The position numbers and the translations under genes are program-made. Below are positions 13,509-27,800 of a DNA stretch of 64,000 bases, piece by piece. Numbering within the stretch: position 1 is the first letter of the stretch; each line of letters starts with the position of its first letter. Source of the DNA: Chrysomallon squamiferum. Taxonomy: Eukaryota > Animalia > Mollusca. The notes under the pieces were generated by a model. It did not search any database, was not told the DNA's origin, and saw only the letters and a list, made by a program, of their open reading frames with translations. Where the stretch lies: positions 21,018,001 to 21,082,000 of the forward strand of contig CM022672.1 of NCBI GenBank assembly GCA_012295275.1, given 5' to 3'.

Positions 13509-13829
13509 GGTGTGTATGTGTGCACACATGCGTGATGAAAAACTGTTTAATAAGATCTATTAAAAAGGAGCATTTTTCAAATGTATCAAAAAAATATTTT
13601 CTAAAAAAGTTAACTCTTACTGTATTAGCTTTAATTAGTAACTGAAATTTAAAAAAAAACACCAAAAAATGTTATAAAAATAGTAGTTAAACTGTTCTAA
13701 TAATATAATATAATCAATTCTTAAAATGTATCTCACAATGGGTTTTTATCATCCATGCCCTGTGAAAGAAAAATTAAAAAAAAATAAAAAAAAAAAAGAA
13801 GAAGAAGAAGAAAATGTTCACAGATATCA

Positions 13830-14123
13830 TCAACTGTCTCTCAAGTTTCTCTGATCAATCTGTGTTCTTAAACGTGTGGCTTCCTCAGCCTTCGTGCTGG
13901 CATAATGATGATACATCATCTTCATTCCGGTCACTATTGACAACTGCAGCCGCAGGTTGTAGCGAAATGAGTTCTTTTTGTATTTGGCTGCACGCTTATA
14001 CCGCACTTCCAGATCTCTGATCTTCTGTTCCAGCAACACAATTTGCTGATAAGCTCTCTCAAACTTTTTTCTTGCTTCCAGCAGCTTTTCATCAAGCTGA
14101 TTGTTAACATCAAGTTCAGACAT
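13830..14123 (-). CDS. 97-aa coiled-coil protein of unknown function
   Basis: MSELDVNNQLDEKLLEARKKFERAYQQIVLLEQKIRDLEVRYKRAAKYKKNSFRYNLRLQLSIVTGMKMMYHHYA...; heptad-like pattern and a GC rise over the ORF. Its exon starts at acceptor attacAG (exon from 14203), with an upstream donor CAG|GTAAGT at 15344. Confidence 0.85.
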   Translation of the reverse strand: MSELDVNNQLDEKLLEARKKFERAYQQIVLLEQKIRDLEVRYKRAAKYKKNSFRYNLRLQLSIVTGMKMMYHHYASTKAEEATRLRTQIDQRNLRDS

Positions 14124-15343
14124 CTCCCATGAATAAGCTCCAACTCTCTGATCTGTGCTTGTTAATTCATTAAGTTAGTCTTCTTTGTCTTCTTTATATA
14201 CACCTGTAATACATTAATTCACAGTATTAAAACGTCATACCAAATGTTGTAAGATTCTGTTGTTCCACATCTGTTTTTATTTTCTCCAAAACAGTACAAG
14301 AAAAATATCCAGAATTTGCAAAGATACTTTAAGAAACAACTGTATTATGTATGATGCTTAACAGAGGAATTGTTATCTCAAACATTTATTTTCATATGCA
14401 TTGTTTCACTTAGACAATGTGACTCCCTTTATGAACTTCAGTTAACTAACTGAAATTAAAATTTTACTGTGTGGCTGATTTTCTTTCAAAAACTTAAATT
14501 CATTTTGGAATATTCTATAAAATGCAGGAATAAACGTAATTTTTAATATTTAAATTCAGAATGATGTAAACTATATTGTATTTATAACAATGTTTTCACT
14601 TTCTTTACCAGAGCTTAACTTTTACAACTCACTACAGTTGATAACTTTACATTTCTTATTTTTAGTTTAACTGAACCTTTTTGGCAAAAAAAAACAATAA
14701 TAAAAAAAATTAGCATCTGCCAGGATCACCATTTTTTATATTTTTGCAATTAATGTTTCAATATATAAATCATCTTTTATTTAAAATAAAATAAAATAAT
14801 AATAATATATTAAATTTTGAATTATACTTAATGCTTTTTTTATGATATATTTCTTTAAAAGTTATACTGGTAATGATTTACAAAGATAAATGGCGTTGAC
14901 AGTAACAACCTAATAATGATTTTGTCCAAGTCTCTACTCTGCTTATATATTTATAAACACTTAAAACACTTGAACAGCCTATATTTTTATCAACCGATGT
15001 ATTACAACTCACTTACTCAGTGCTGAGATGGGCAGGTGATTTTCCATTTCATTAACAACAAGAACAATAATTTTATTCAGTAATTCAGTATTATGTAATG
15101 TTTGGGTGTTTCGGTGGTGCCTAGTTTAACCAAACTTTTGTTTCTCTCTATGTCCAGTCTAGATCAGACAGTGATACACCGGCTGAGACGCGGTTAACAA
15201 TAACATAACGATGACATAATTATGAGGCACAGACTGGCAATTTCTAGAACAATTATTCGGATATTTTAATTGTATTAAAATAAAATTAAAATGTTTAAAG
15301 TGTCTTTCGTGAATTACTATACTCAAAACAGAATATAACTTAC

Positions 15344-15460
15344 CTGTTAGATTCAAACTTCGTTGCATTAAAACCATTAAATCGTGTAAATGACAAAAGG
15401 ACATTCTAAAGATCAAAAATAAGGATCGGTAATATCTAAAATATCAACATCCGGTTTTCA
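15344..15460 (-). other. Upstream 5'UTR exon of the 97-aa gene (5' end approximate)
   Basis: Consensus donor aacAG|GTAAGT. CpG density rises from about 15.1 kb, as expected near a promoter. Confidence 0.55.
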
Positions 15461-15960
15461 TGTTGAGGCTCTGACACTACACTGTTCTTTTACTTGTGAA
15501 ACGCTTCGCTACAGCTAATGTTTACAACTATATTGTTCGGTATGCGGTCTACTACAAAATCTGGGGAAAAGGTCACGTCTACTTTCGGTATCATGATAAC
15601 TCTTCTAAGCTCTAACTGTTGATTACAAGCCATCATATTATTTATCTTTATTTATGGTTGCAGCCGTGAATTAATAAATATATTTAACCAAACGAAAACA
15701 ATGAAGTATTTATTATTATAGCAATTTCTTTTTTCTTTTATTTTATAGGTACCATTTATCCGTCATATAAATAAATAAATAATTAAAAAAATAATTAAAA
15801 AAAAAAAAAAAAAAAAAAACGTATTTAACAGATACAAATTAATAAACTTCTGAAGCAGAGTTTGTTTGATGTTTATCCATTCACCTAAAATTCTTAAAAT
15901 ATCTTAAAGAATAAACGAATTTCACTAATTATTTATGTTACTGCAAAGTTTTTTTTTTCT

Positions 15961-15999
<39 letters not shown>

Positions 16000-17712
16000 G
16001 ATAATAAATGAAAATGGGAGTATGATGAAACAAATAATAATTACTATGAGGGAATAGAGAGATTTAGCATAGACGTAACTCTCACGAATCTAAGATGATA
16101 TGTCTTATCTCGCGAAATTTCCTTGCTGAGGAGAAATAGACAAAACATTTATTTGTTCGCAAACAAAAATATTGGCCATTCCATAGTTCTGTGTGAACTA
16201 TACAGCTGAAAGAAAAGCAGATAACAAATAACTGGTATGTGACAAAATTTTCAAAAACATAATTTTCCTATAAAATTATATATAATCAAAAACATCAATA
16301 AAAACTGGCGGATATCAGGAAGCCGGATAAAATTGTAAGTAACTTCGAAATGCTAAATCATTCGAAACGCATAATATTATTATATAAAATATCCTATTTA
16401 TTTTATTAATATATTTTATATTTTTAATTCGAAATATCTTTCTTTCAGAATATATGAAAGTGTAGTTCCTTAATGCCTGTGACTGCTTGTGGCGACTTAG
16501 TTTGTTTATCATTATGCCGTGTACAGTAACGATTTATTGTTATTAATAAAAATAAAAAAAATTAATTAGTTAAATAAAAGATTCGTTGCTTTTTAAAAAT
16601 CAGTTCTTAACCGACGTTCTCTGAAAAGTAGCTAAAACAGACATGAGAGGGAAGGAAGTAATAACAAATGCCGTTCTACGCCGTTGTGTTTGTCGTACAA
16701 GGCGATAGGTAGTGCAAGGCATTCCATGAAGAGTTTTGAAAGCACGATTAAATAAATAAGCTAATATCATGTTCAGCAAGTGTCTTTTTAGAAAGCTAAC
16801 CTTGAATAAAGATTTATTGTTTTATTATTTTGTCTTATAACAATAAAAAAAAAAACACATGTGTACTTGTTATCGGCATGGGTCACATTTAAGTAAACAG
16901 AGTTAAAATAAAGTACATCGGATGACAATTATGTCACGACTGAGGTCGATTCAAACATGTCCGAAAGTTTTCGAGTCGGTGGTTTTACGATAGCGGTCTT
17001 TGGTTTCTTCTTCTGTGTACGACTAAATGGTACTTTTTAATGTATCAGCGAACTCGAAAATGACCAGTCTAAAGGAATGTAAAGCCAAAATTATTATTAA
17101 ATGAGTAGCCGGAGTCGTTTCAAACAGTACGGTTGGCGAAAATTAGTCAAAAAACAATATTGACCTATTTCTGGCTATCGTAGCTGGTCTCCGCCAGAGG
17201 ATTGCTGAGTGTGCAGAATCACTTGAAATTAACTTTCAATTATTTACAGCAAAACTGAGTAAGGTAAATACATAAATGAGAATAGTAATACATTGTTTCC
17301 AAATATATCGATTAACGTGCTCTTCCACATCACAATTTCTCAAAATACCACTCTGTGGTAACGAATCTAGACTGGTAGCTTTTCATAATAATTATTACAG
17401 AATAAATACAAATAAAATATAAAAAAAAAAAGGCTTATTCCACTGACGAGTGAAGTCTGCTTAGAATATCGTTAGTCTAAATGGACTTCCTGTTCTGCAC
17501 CAAACCACGAAAGCCGATTCATTGATTTCCAATGTCATTGTTGGTGTCATACAGATTCGCTATCATGTGCAATTAGTATTGACCAATCAGAAAGTAGAAT
17601 GCATAAGCACGATTAATCAGTTGTATTGACATTAAAGCTCCTGCATGACAAAACTATTTTCGGACTCGTGTAGGTCTTGTCAGATTTTTTTTTCAGATTT
17701 GGAATAGTTCAT

Positions 17713-17753
<41 letters not shown>

Positions 17754-18479
17754 TAATAATAGTAATTTATTTCAAAATTTAAGAATGAATGGAACTGTTA
17801 TAATTAAGAGTATTAAAATTAATGCATACATAATACAGACTTAATAATAATAATATGAATATGAATAATTATGAACAAGAATAATGCTGTTTATAGTTTG
17901 CTGTTAAGATTAGCTTTCATTTTGACATTTATTAAAAAAAATGGTCAAAGCAGGCTATTTTTATGCCTTAACTTTTTTGATTAAGGTGTTGAAAACACAG
18001 TTGTAAATCTGTATTTCACGAAACTATTAAAAAAAAAAAATAATAATAATAATAAAATATAATAAAATAAAACGAGCAACAACTCGTAATTCTGACACGT
18101 TTTAATGGTATTTAGCAAATATTATTGGTACAGTTATTATGTGAATTATTCTGTGTAATTTATCTTTTAAATGATAATAGTTTTGACACGATGTGTAAAA
18201 CAAATTAAATCAAAAGAGATGAACAAATAAATGTGTCTAAAGGTGTGATTAATTTAATGTGTCTATCTCGTTAATTGTTGATGTGTGATTCAAAAAAACA
18301 TTGTTTTCCCGTATTTGTTATCAGTGATTATGTCACAAAGAACCAACCAATGGTCAGCACGGAACGATGACACGTAACACTCGGTAATAAATTAACAAAT
18401 AACGTTATTTGAACAATACAGCTGACACTGATGAGAAGCAAATGTGGCGACATCGACGAAACATTGAGATCGATACAGT

Positions 18480-18685
18480 CTTTCATTTATTCGTTATTGA
18501 TCTGCTGCCCATTCTTGCCGAGTTGAACTGATGTAAGTTTCATGTGAATTCTTGTAGATTAATAACGACAGCGTCCACTGTAGCAAGCTGTATTACTGGA
18601 GTAAAACATACAGCAGTAATTAAGATAGTTCACAGCGGGATTTATCATCACCGTTGATGCTTTGATTCTTATTTTCTAGTTACAG
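18480..18685 (+). other. Candidate non-coding 5' exon of Ddc (5' end approximate); another candidate donor at 17263
   Basis: Consensus donor tacAG|GTAAGG at 18685. The Ddc ATG exon starts at an acceptor (gacAG|aaaATG, 20535), which implies an upstream UTR exon. Confidence 0.45.
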
Positions 18686-20347
18686 GTAAGGTATACGTAA
18701 AAATACATTTGTCTTTCTGTCTAAATCTGTTCAGAGACTTAGAGTTTATTCATAAGAGATATTTGTTTACCGGCTGACCTCTCAGTATAACCATTTTACC
18801 TTATTAATTATATTTTTTAAACTTAGGCTCATAGATCATAACTAACATTTAGAAATGTGTTTTGTGTTGCAAATACAATCAGCAGATGAAAAAGAAAATT
18901 ATTGCAAAAATCTGTCTAATTATGAGACTGTGCGTTTCATATGTTTCATTAATTTAATTTGTTTTATATGTTAACAGTATAGTAACAGTTGTAAAGTAAT
19001 GAAATGAAAACGTATACTGATTTCACACGCATACCTTAGTTGGTGAATGCCCGTAGAACAGACAAAATAGGGCAAAGGTGGGAAGGTTGAAAGTCTTTCA
19101 TTGTATAAAACGTAAATAAAATTTATAAACATGTGAATCTGAATCACGTACCTTGTACATTAATTATAATTCGTATAATCGCATATGTTGTGAAAAAACT
19201 CTACCATAAAACATATTTAATGGAATGGAATTCATTGATTCAGTTGTTTTTTTTTTTTTTTTTTGTGTGTGTGTTTGATAATAATAATAATAACAGTAAC
19301 CAGTTGTTGTTTTTTTGTCCTTTCTTTGATGCCAGCCTACCAACCTTTAAGTATGACAAAAATATTATAATTTCATTAAATATATTTAATTTATACAACA
19401 TTAATTGTAACTAAAAATCAAAACTTCTGCTTATGAATTTTTCGTGGCCTATTCAAAGACTGTCAAATGTTTTAAATAATAACAATAAAGAAATCAATTT
19501 GAAAAAGTGATTAGGTTAAAAACCATCACCACTATCCTCCTTACATCTTCTTACATCAATATGTGACGTTAAAATAAATAGCTGAACCAATATAATTATT
19601 AAAAGGGATCAATGTTGAACAAGACTTTATTACTTTCTTCCACTTCTCTGCAAGCCACAAAATTTATATAATTATTTTTTCTTATATTATAATTTGAAAT
19701 AAGACAACGCCTTATATAATATAAATTCAAGCGACTTCTTGCACACAGTTTATTACAGTCTGGACATAGCTAGTATTTATTTAGTAAAATCGCAGTTTAG
19801 CTATCCAAAGATTTACAGTCCTAAGGGATGAATGTAGCTTAGTGGTAGTGTTATTTGAGGCGTGATTGGACTCTGGTTCAATCCTAATCGATGCGCCAAT
19901 TTGGCTATTTCCCGTCAAAGCCACTGTTTCATGACTGGTGAATGTTAAAGCCCGTCGTTTATTTTCATTCACTTTTGGAAGGTGCACAAATAATACTCAA
20001 TGCTAAGGGAAACGAGTCGTCGATAATATGTCGATAGTGGCTTTCCTTTTTCATAATATTACTATTAATTTTCACATGGTGTGGTACATTCAGTATTTCA
20101 AAATCGTGAAGACAGGCTAGTAAATTTTTTTAATCTTTTACCTCTTTAAATGCGTTTGAGTTGTAAAATTGTGAACACTTACTAGATATGGGTCAGATAT
20201 CACATCAGAGAAGATGAGAATGTACGAGTCAGTGACATCGGGGTTAACTCGATCAGCTGTCAACTTGGCCTTGCCTAGTGACCTTTCGAATTTCTGAATA
20301 TAAAGGAATTTAGAAATGATATGAACTATTTAATTCTGACATGTAAG

Positions 20348-20400
<53 letters not shown>

Positions 20401-20537
20401 ATTTTATAATGAACACAATACACACAATACACACACACAAACATACATACATACACACACACACAAATAAACATGAACACACATTTAGTAGTAAAAAAAA
20501 AATCAAGTTGAAATATTAATTTTGTCGGTGACAGAAA

Positions 20538-23405
20538 ATGGATGCTGATGAATTTAGAAGATGTGGCAGGCAAATGATTGACTATGTGGCTGACTATCTG
20601 GAGTCAACCCGTCTGAGAAGACCATTTCCTGATGTTTCTCCGGGATATATGCAAGAAATGATTCCAAACGAAGCACCGACAGATGCTGAAAACTGGAAAG
20701 ATGTTTTTGAAGATATTGAACGAGTTATCATGCCTGGAGTAAGTCTTCTATTATTCATGGTTAACGAATTAAAGCTTACGATGTGTAGTTGACATTAATC
20801 ATGTAAAATAAACACACGCACACACACGTTCATTTTATAATATTTATATATGTAGCAGATATCATTTTGTTCCCGTACGAGGGGTATAAAATTATGCCAT
20901 CCATCACTTTGTTCTGGTACGAGAGTTATAAAATATTATCATACATCACAAAATTCTTTGCATTAGTTGTTCGGTTCACTGAGTGTTTTATATCTGATGA
21001 CAGTTATTTACAATGCAAATACATACCGAACAGCTAATGCAATGAATTTATATATATACTTAACCAAAAACGTTTAGAAAGTTTTGGTAAATGACTGTTG
21101 CTTCCAAAGAAATTAAAATAAAGTGATAAAACTTGGTAAAATGATAGTTGCATATGCTCTGTCGCTTTGGATAATGAAAATAAAACCATCTGTCGTATCG
21201 CAGGCCGCTCTGTACACTGCACGTACAAACGCGATGCGCTCGTGCTGTCGCAGAAGCGCGTGCTCTACAGATGTATTGAAATCACATTTTGATGCACTCA
21301 ACCAACATTGACCAAAACATAAGGAAGAATTTATCCTGTTATAATGGGTCATTGTCCTGGCTTACCGGAAAATCAGCATCATGAACCAATGGGACGGCTT
21401 AACGCCCGCCAACGCGTATACGACGTCGCTCAGTACTTTCTTGTTCATGATAGTACGATGTCAAGACTCCGTCATCTCGACGTCACTGTTTCTAAAGTGC
21501 TCCACTTTTAGTCCGTTCTTTACGGTAGGACGATATGATGCAGACAACGTCATTCAGCATGGCCGATATGGCGGTGGCAGTTTCATAGTCAGGGCCGGCA
21601 TTTGTGGTGGAGGTAAAACAGATCTCGTTTTCATTCTACTGGGCCGCAGGGTATGCAAAAACCATCCTAACATCCTTAATTGCTCTGAACTGGGAATGGA
21701 ACGCAATTACTGTTCTTGAGGTTAATGTTCTTATTGGAAGCATGAAACGACGATGTAGAGTTGTCATCAATGCTGCTGGTGCACACACACATTCCTGAGC
21801 CTCTATCACATTTTTGTAGATATACCCCACCGGATCATCATTTGTCAACATATTACTGCCGGCTATATTCAGAAATAATGTGTACAAATAAATTCACCAT
21901 CCAATCAGATTGATATTTCATATCTTGTATGTAATAGCTAAACTTATTTGCACAGTCTATATACATATATAAATTATTAAAATTATTTATTTTTATTAAT
22001 AAATTTAATATTAATAATGTAGCTTTTTTAATTTCTAATTTCTTTATATCTTTTCTTTTTTTTTTAAATACATTTTAATAGATTTTTTTATATTGCTATA
22101 TTGTATTAAAAAATACCTAACTAGAATTATTAATAAACGTATTACAAAGGTTAACTTACCTCTACTATTACTATTATAAACAGCAGTACAGTAAAGTTTT
22201 AGCTGGTCTCTGTATTATTGTAATATCATGAAAATTACTATTTTGACAATGACAGGTAACTCACTGGCAGAGTCCACAGTTTCATGCTTATTTCCCAACT
22301 GCCAACTCATACCCTGCAATACTTGCTGATATTCCTTTCTGATGCTATTGGCTGCATTGGATTTACTTGGGTAAGTGTTTTTTTTCTTCAGTGTATCTCT
22401 GATTTATGTTTGTCTTCTGAATGTATCATAGCATGTATGTATGTATGTATGTATGTATATGTATGTGTGTATGTATGCATATGTTTTTATGTATGTATGT
22501 GAGTATGTATATGTGTGTGGTAGTGTATGTATGTCTGCAATGAGTATGTATATGTGTATGATATTGTATATCTGTATGTAAAGATAATGTATATATGTGT
22601 GATATTGTATGTCTGTATGTAATGGGTATGTATTTGTGTATGATGCTGTATGTCTGTATGTAATGATTAATATATATATGTGTGATATTGTATGTCTGTA
22701 TGTAATGAGTATGTATATGCATATGATATTGTGTGTCTGAATGTAATCAGAATATATATCCATATTGTTATGACTGTATTATTTTACTCCATCACTAAAT
22801 CACGGAAAAAAATATTTTTCTTTCACATGGTAATGGGAAACAAAAGAAATACATCTGTCTTTGTGCAGATTTGACCTATTGTAATAAATATCTCATTGAA
22901 CCAATTCAGAGTGGTTTGCATAACAGAAGTGACGCTTTTTGTCGGTGCATCACTCTAGATCAGATTCTTAAACATGAACATGTTGCTGATATTATTTAAC
23001 TGTAATAGTGGGTTTTCTTTTATTTGTAAACTGATGGATCACAAATATAACAAATAAACGTTTTGTGATTCTTTGCAGTTATTGATTTCTGTGAAAGTCT
23101 TTGGGAAATAATTTCCATAGAGACAACTTGTCGTTAGTTACAGATGAAAGGCCATGATAATTGGATACACCTCCGCATCTTACTTGCATATTCATGAAGA
23201 AGAAAAAAAAAGAGACATTTAAATGTTTTTGCTTAGACAGAAATAAATCCTAAGATTAAGGCTGAAGACACAAAATAACTTTTTATTTTAAGATTTACAA
23301 TTTCTTTTATTCAGCTGCTACATTTAATCTGATGATGATAAAACACACACACACACAACACACACTCACACACAACATGCACACACATGCATACAAACAC
23401 ATGAA

Positions 23406-23454
<49 letters not shown>

Positions 23455-24213
23455 ACACAATCATATATAAAAATTAATGGCATCCATAAGATTTGTCAAG
23501 AATATACGTTAGTCAGCTGCATATACCACATTTCAGCATAAGTAACTTCACATTAATGTCACAAAATGGTCACTAACCAATTTTATTAAACAAAACAATC
23601 ATTTACTTTATATTTTCAATTTCCAACCATGTAAATATATATCTTTATTTAGTACTTCTTTCAACACAATACACAGATCAAATAACTGCACTAAATCAAA
23701 TTAAAAATATTTTTATTTTAAGTTTTTAAGTCATACTATTTTCAGCCTCAAAGACAAACAAGATGATAATAATTTATAACTAACTGAATCCAGTACTGTG
23801 TTAATGCAATTAACTAAAGTTGACACTTTGATAATAAAACTAACTAATGTCGACATTTTGTTAATATAACTAACTAATGTCAAAACTCTGTTAATATAAC
23901 TAACTAAAGCTGACACTTACTACAACTAACTGAAGTTGACACTCTTAATATAGCTAACTGAAGCTGACACTTTGTTAACACAGCTGTCAAAACTTACCTA
24001 TCATAACTTAATTAATTTTACAACATTATTCACAGGCATCCTGTCCAGCATGTACAGAACTTGAGGTAGCAATGATGGACTGGCTTGGTAAAATGTTAAA
24101 GCTTCCAGAAGAGTTTTTATTCAGTTCAGGTGGCAGTGGAGGTGGTGTTATTCAGGTGATGATAATGATTTCTTAATTTGTGACAGTTAATTAATCATTC
24201 ACACTTAATAATT

Positions 24214-24276
<63 letters not shown>

Positions 24277-24319
24277 CTCTCTACATATATCATACACACA
24301 CAGAGAGAGACATATAGAT

Positions 24320-24358
<39 letters not shown>

Positions 24359-24791
24359 ATCATTTTTCAACCCCATTTTACTACTAATAAGAATTAATAC
24401 TAGTTATATCATCATTTTATTGATTAAGTAACACACACAGATATATATTGGATATGTGTGTGTGTATCTGTATCCATATCTATCTCTATCTATCTATCTA
24501 TATACATACGGTCTGTATTACACAGGGTACTGCCAGTGAGGTCACACTGATGGCACTGTTGTCAGCTAGGACTCAAATTATAAACAAAGTGAAGAAAGAT
24601 AAACCTGAAATGGAAGACGGAATCATCATCTCTAAACTTGTGTGTTACTGCTCTGATCAGGTAATGATAATTTTATTATTCTAATCAGGTAAAGACAACT
24701 ACTGTTTTTTCTTCATTCAGTAATGTCATTTTAATATATTTTTATTTCATTCTGATATGCATGGTTTTGTTTCTGTTATTGTTATTGTTGC

Positions 24792-24833
<42 letters not shown>

Positions 24834-27800
24834 CATCATCATTATTATTCTTGTTAGAAAAAAATCGTTTTGCTTTGCAAGATATAAAATCATCTGACTT
24901 TTTAGACAGAAAAAATTGTATTTGTTTGAAATGGTTGTTATTATTATTGCAGGCTCATTCTTCAGTGGAGAGGGCAGGTTTGATAGGAGCTGTAAAAATG
25001 ATTAAACTAGAGACAGATGAAAATGGAGTCCTTCAAGGAGCTACACTGGAGAATGCCATTGCATCTGATAAAGAGAAAGGTCTCATACCATTCTTTGTAA
25101 GTTTTTAAATAATAAACTCTTGACATTTCTAAAATATTAAGCTTGCTGATTTAATATTAATATTAATGATTGTTAAATGTTAAATGGAAGGGTTGTTTTA
25201 ATACTATTATTTGATATTTAAAAATACTAAACCTTCTGGAGTTATTCTTATCAGTTAGCAGAGACAACATTTTTACATGCAGTTACTCATACTAATGGAA
25301 GTATTTAAAATTGTGAACATACAATAGTGGATGGATCTTCAAGCTAATACACTGACACTGAGAGTTTTCCATTATAAATATTTTAACAATAATTCTTCTA
25401 ATGTATTATCCTTACTGGTTAAGAAACTGTTACTGTATTTTCATATTATTTGTTTTAATTCTTTTGACTTGTAATTTGTTTTATTTTCATATTATTTGTT
25501 TTAATTCTTTTGACTTGTAATTTGTTTTATTTTCATATCATTAAATGACAAACTTAAATTTTAATAATTATTATATAAATTAAAATCATATAATGGGATT
25601 AAATAAAGTTGAATGTATCAATTTATCAGATTATATTTTATATGTGACATTGCTTGTCTAGAATTCTCTCTGCTAATAGTGTGTTAGGTATAGAAATATT
25701 TATGTTTGTAAATTTCACAATATAGTATGTTTGGTATTTTTTTAAATTTTCTTTTTTCATGAAGTTTTGTGCAACTTTGGGAACTACAGTTTCCTGTGCA
25801 TTTGACAACATAAAAGAGCTAGGACCAGTTTGTAAGTATTATGAAATTGTTTATTATTTTAACAATGACAAATAAGTTGTTTTTTTATTATTATTATTAT
25901 TATTATTCCTGTTGTTAATATTGTTATTGTTTATTAAACTAAGTAAATAAAAATATATAAGGTCTTCCTGTTTAAATGCATTCCACAATGCTTCACATTA
26001 ATTTGTTTACTGTCTTTTTTTAGTATTCAGTAATAACATGTTTTAAATTTGAATTTAACAGTGTTAACACATCTTTATATATTTAAATCCTGAAAGAAAG
26101 TGTAAAATATGAGCCATTCTGTCTTGCTGGAAACAATCTGACCAGTCAAAACAAAGTTAAAAAGAAATGTTAAAAAAAAAAAGAAGAAAAAAAAAGGAAT
26201 TAATTAATTAATTAATAACTGGTCTTGGTAACAGTTATGGTCACCTGATTAACATAACAACATATTTGTATATTATGATTATTTTTAAGTACTAATGATC
26301 TGAATACTAGAATATGTTAATTGATGCTGTGTTGTATTATAGTTATAATAAGAAACAATTGTAACATTAGTAGTGGAACTGTACAATACATTTAATTAAA
26401 TTCAGGTGTAGCTGCAGGAATATGGATGCATATTGATGCAGCTTATGCTGGGAGTGCATTTATCTGTCCAGAGTTTAGGCCCCTGCTTGATGGTGTTGAG
26501 GTTATTATCATTTTATCACAGTTATCTACCTTGGAATATGATTTATAGTCACTATGTTGAAAGTAGAACAAAAACAGAAAGAAAAGAAGCCCAAAACAAA
26601 ACAACATATAAATCAGTAGCAACCATTTTTATAATATGCAAATACACAAATATTAAACAATATGTGTATACAAAATAGTCTCTAAATATATAAATTGTTA
26701 TAGTATTTTCAACATTGATCATATTTTCATTTTTACATAAATATTTGTAATATTTATGAAAAATAATATTTTACTACAACAAATTTCCATAATTTTGTAA
26801 ATACTTTTAAAATTTTTTGCATTCTTAAAATTGGTTAATAAAACTTATGAAAATGTTAATTTTGTTTTCAGCATGCCATGTCGTTCAATTTTAACCCTCA
26901 CAAATGGCTGCAAGTTAACTTTGACTGCTCAACAATGTGGTAAGTTGTTTATCAACAACATTAATTTCTTGTAGTCTTTTGGAATTTGAAACGTTAATAA
27001 GTGAATTAAAATATATTATTTAAAAAAGAAAAAAAGAAAGAGATTAAATAAATAAATGATAATGAAAAAAGTATTAATAGTTTCTGTTTCTAATTTCATT
27101 TTGAACTTATAAATGAATGATGCTAAGATGCTGGTAATTTGAAATTATTTTCATTTACACTTCATTCATATTTTCAGGGTGAAAGACAGAAAGCTGATAA
27201 GTGAAGCATTTGATGTTGATCCACTTTATCTTAAACATGAAAATCAGGGTAAAATGCCAGATTACAGGGTAAGATAAACATAAAATTCATTTCTTTTAAC
27301 TTTCTGTTTTTTTTTTGAGAGAAAAAAATAGCCTCATATTTTATTTATTTTTTATATATGGTTATATATCTGTTTACACAAGAATATTTTACAAGCAATG
27401 TTAAAAAAGATAACACAAAAAAGAAACAAAAATATAATAACAACAACAACAAAAAAAAAACACAATAAAACCCAGAAAACCCCCCACAAAATCACCAATT
27501 TATCTTAGACTTATAATAAAAGAACAACAGGCAATGCAAATTTCCTAGAAAAGACCAGTCCTGCAATACCAAACATCTTATCACAGTTATTTCTGAATGT
27601 TTTATTCTGCTGCTAGTTTAAAGTATACCTGAGGTTGTAAGATTAAATCATCAAATAAGATTCTTTATACTTCCAAGTTTTTATTAATTTTATTGTTATA
27701 TGTTACTAACATTGCCCATAACAAGGCATAGAAATAAAATAATAATGTCACAAAAGATTTGAATGCTGCCATTTCTTCTTTCTACAGTTGCAGTCATGCT

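Noticed and set aside
13934-14143. 69-aa ORF overlapping the 97-aa gene
   Set aside because: It starts at TTG, has no protein-like features and is explained as an alternative frame.
21113-21887. Nested minus-strand gene in the Ddc intron (ORFs 21113..21352, 21636..21887)
   Set aside because: These are antisense shadows of decayed plus-strand Tc1 transposase sequence.
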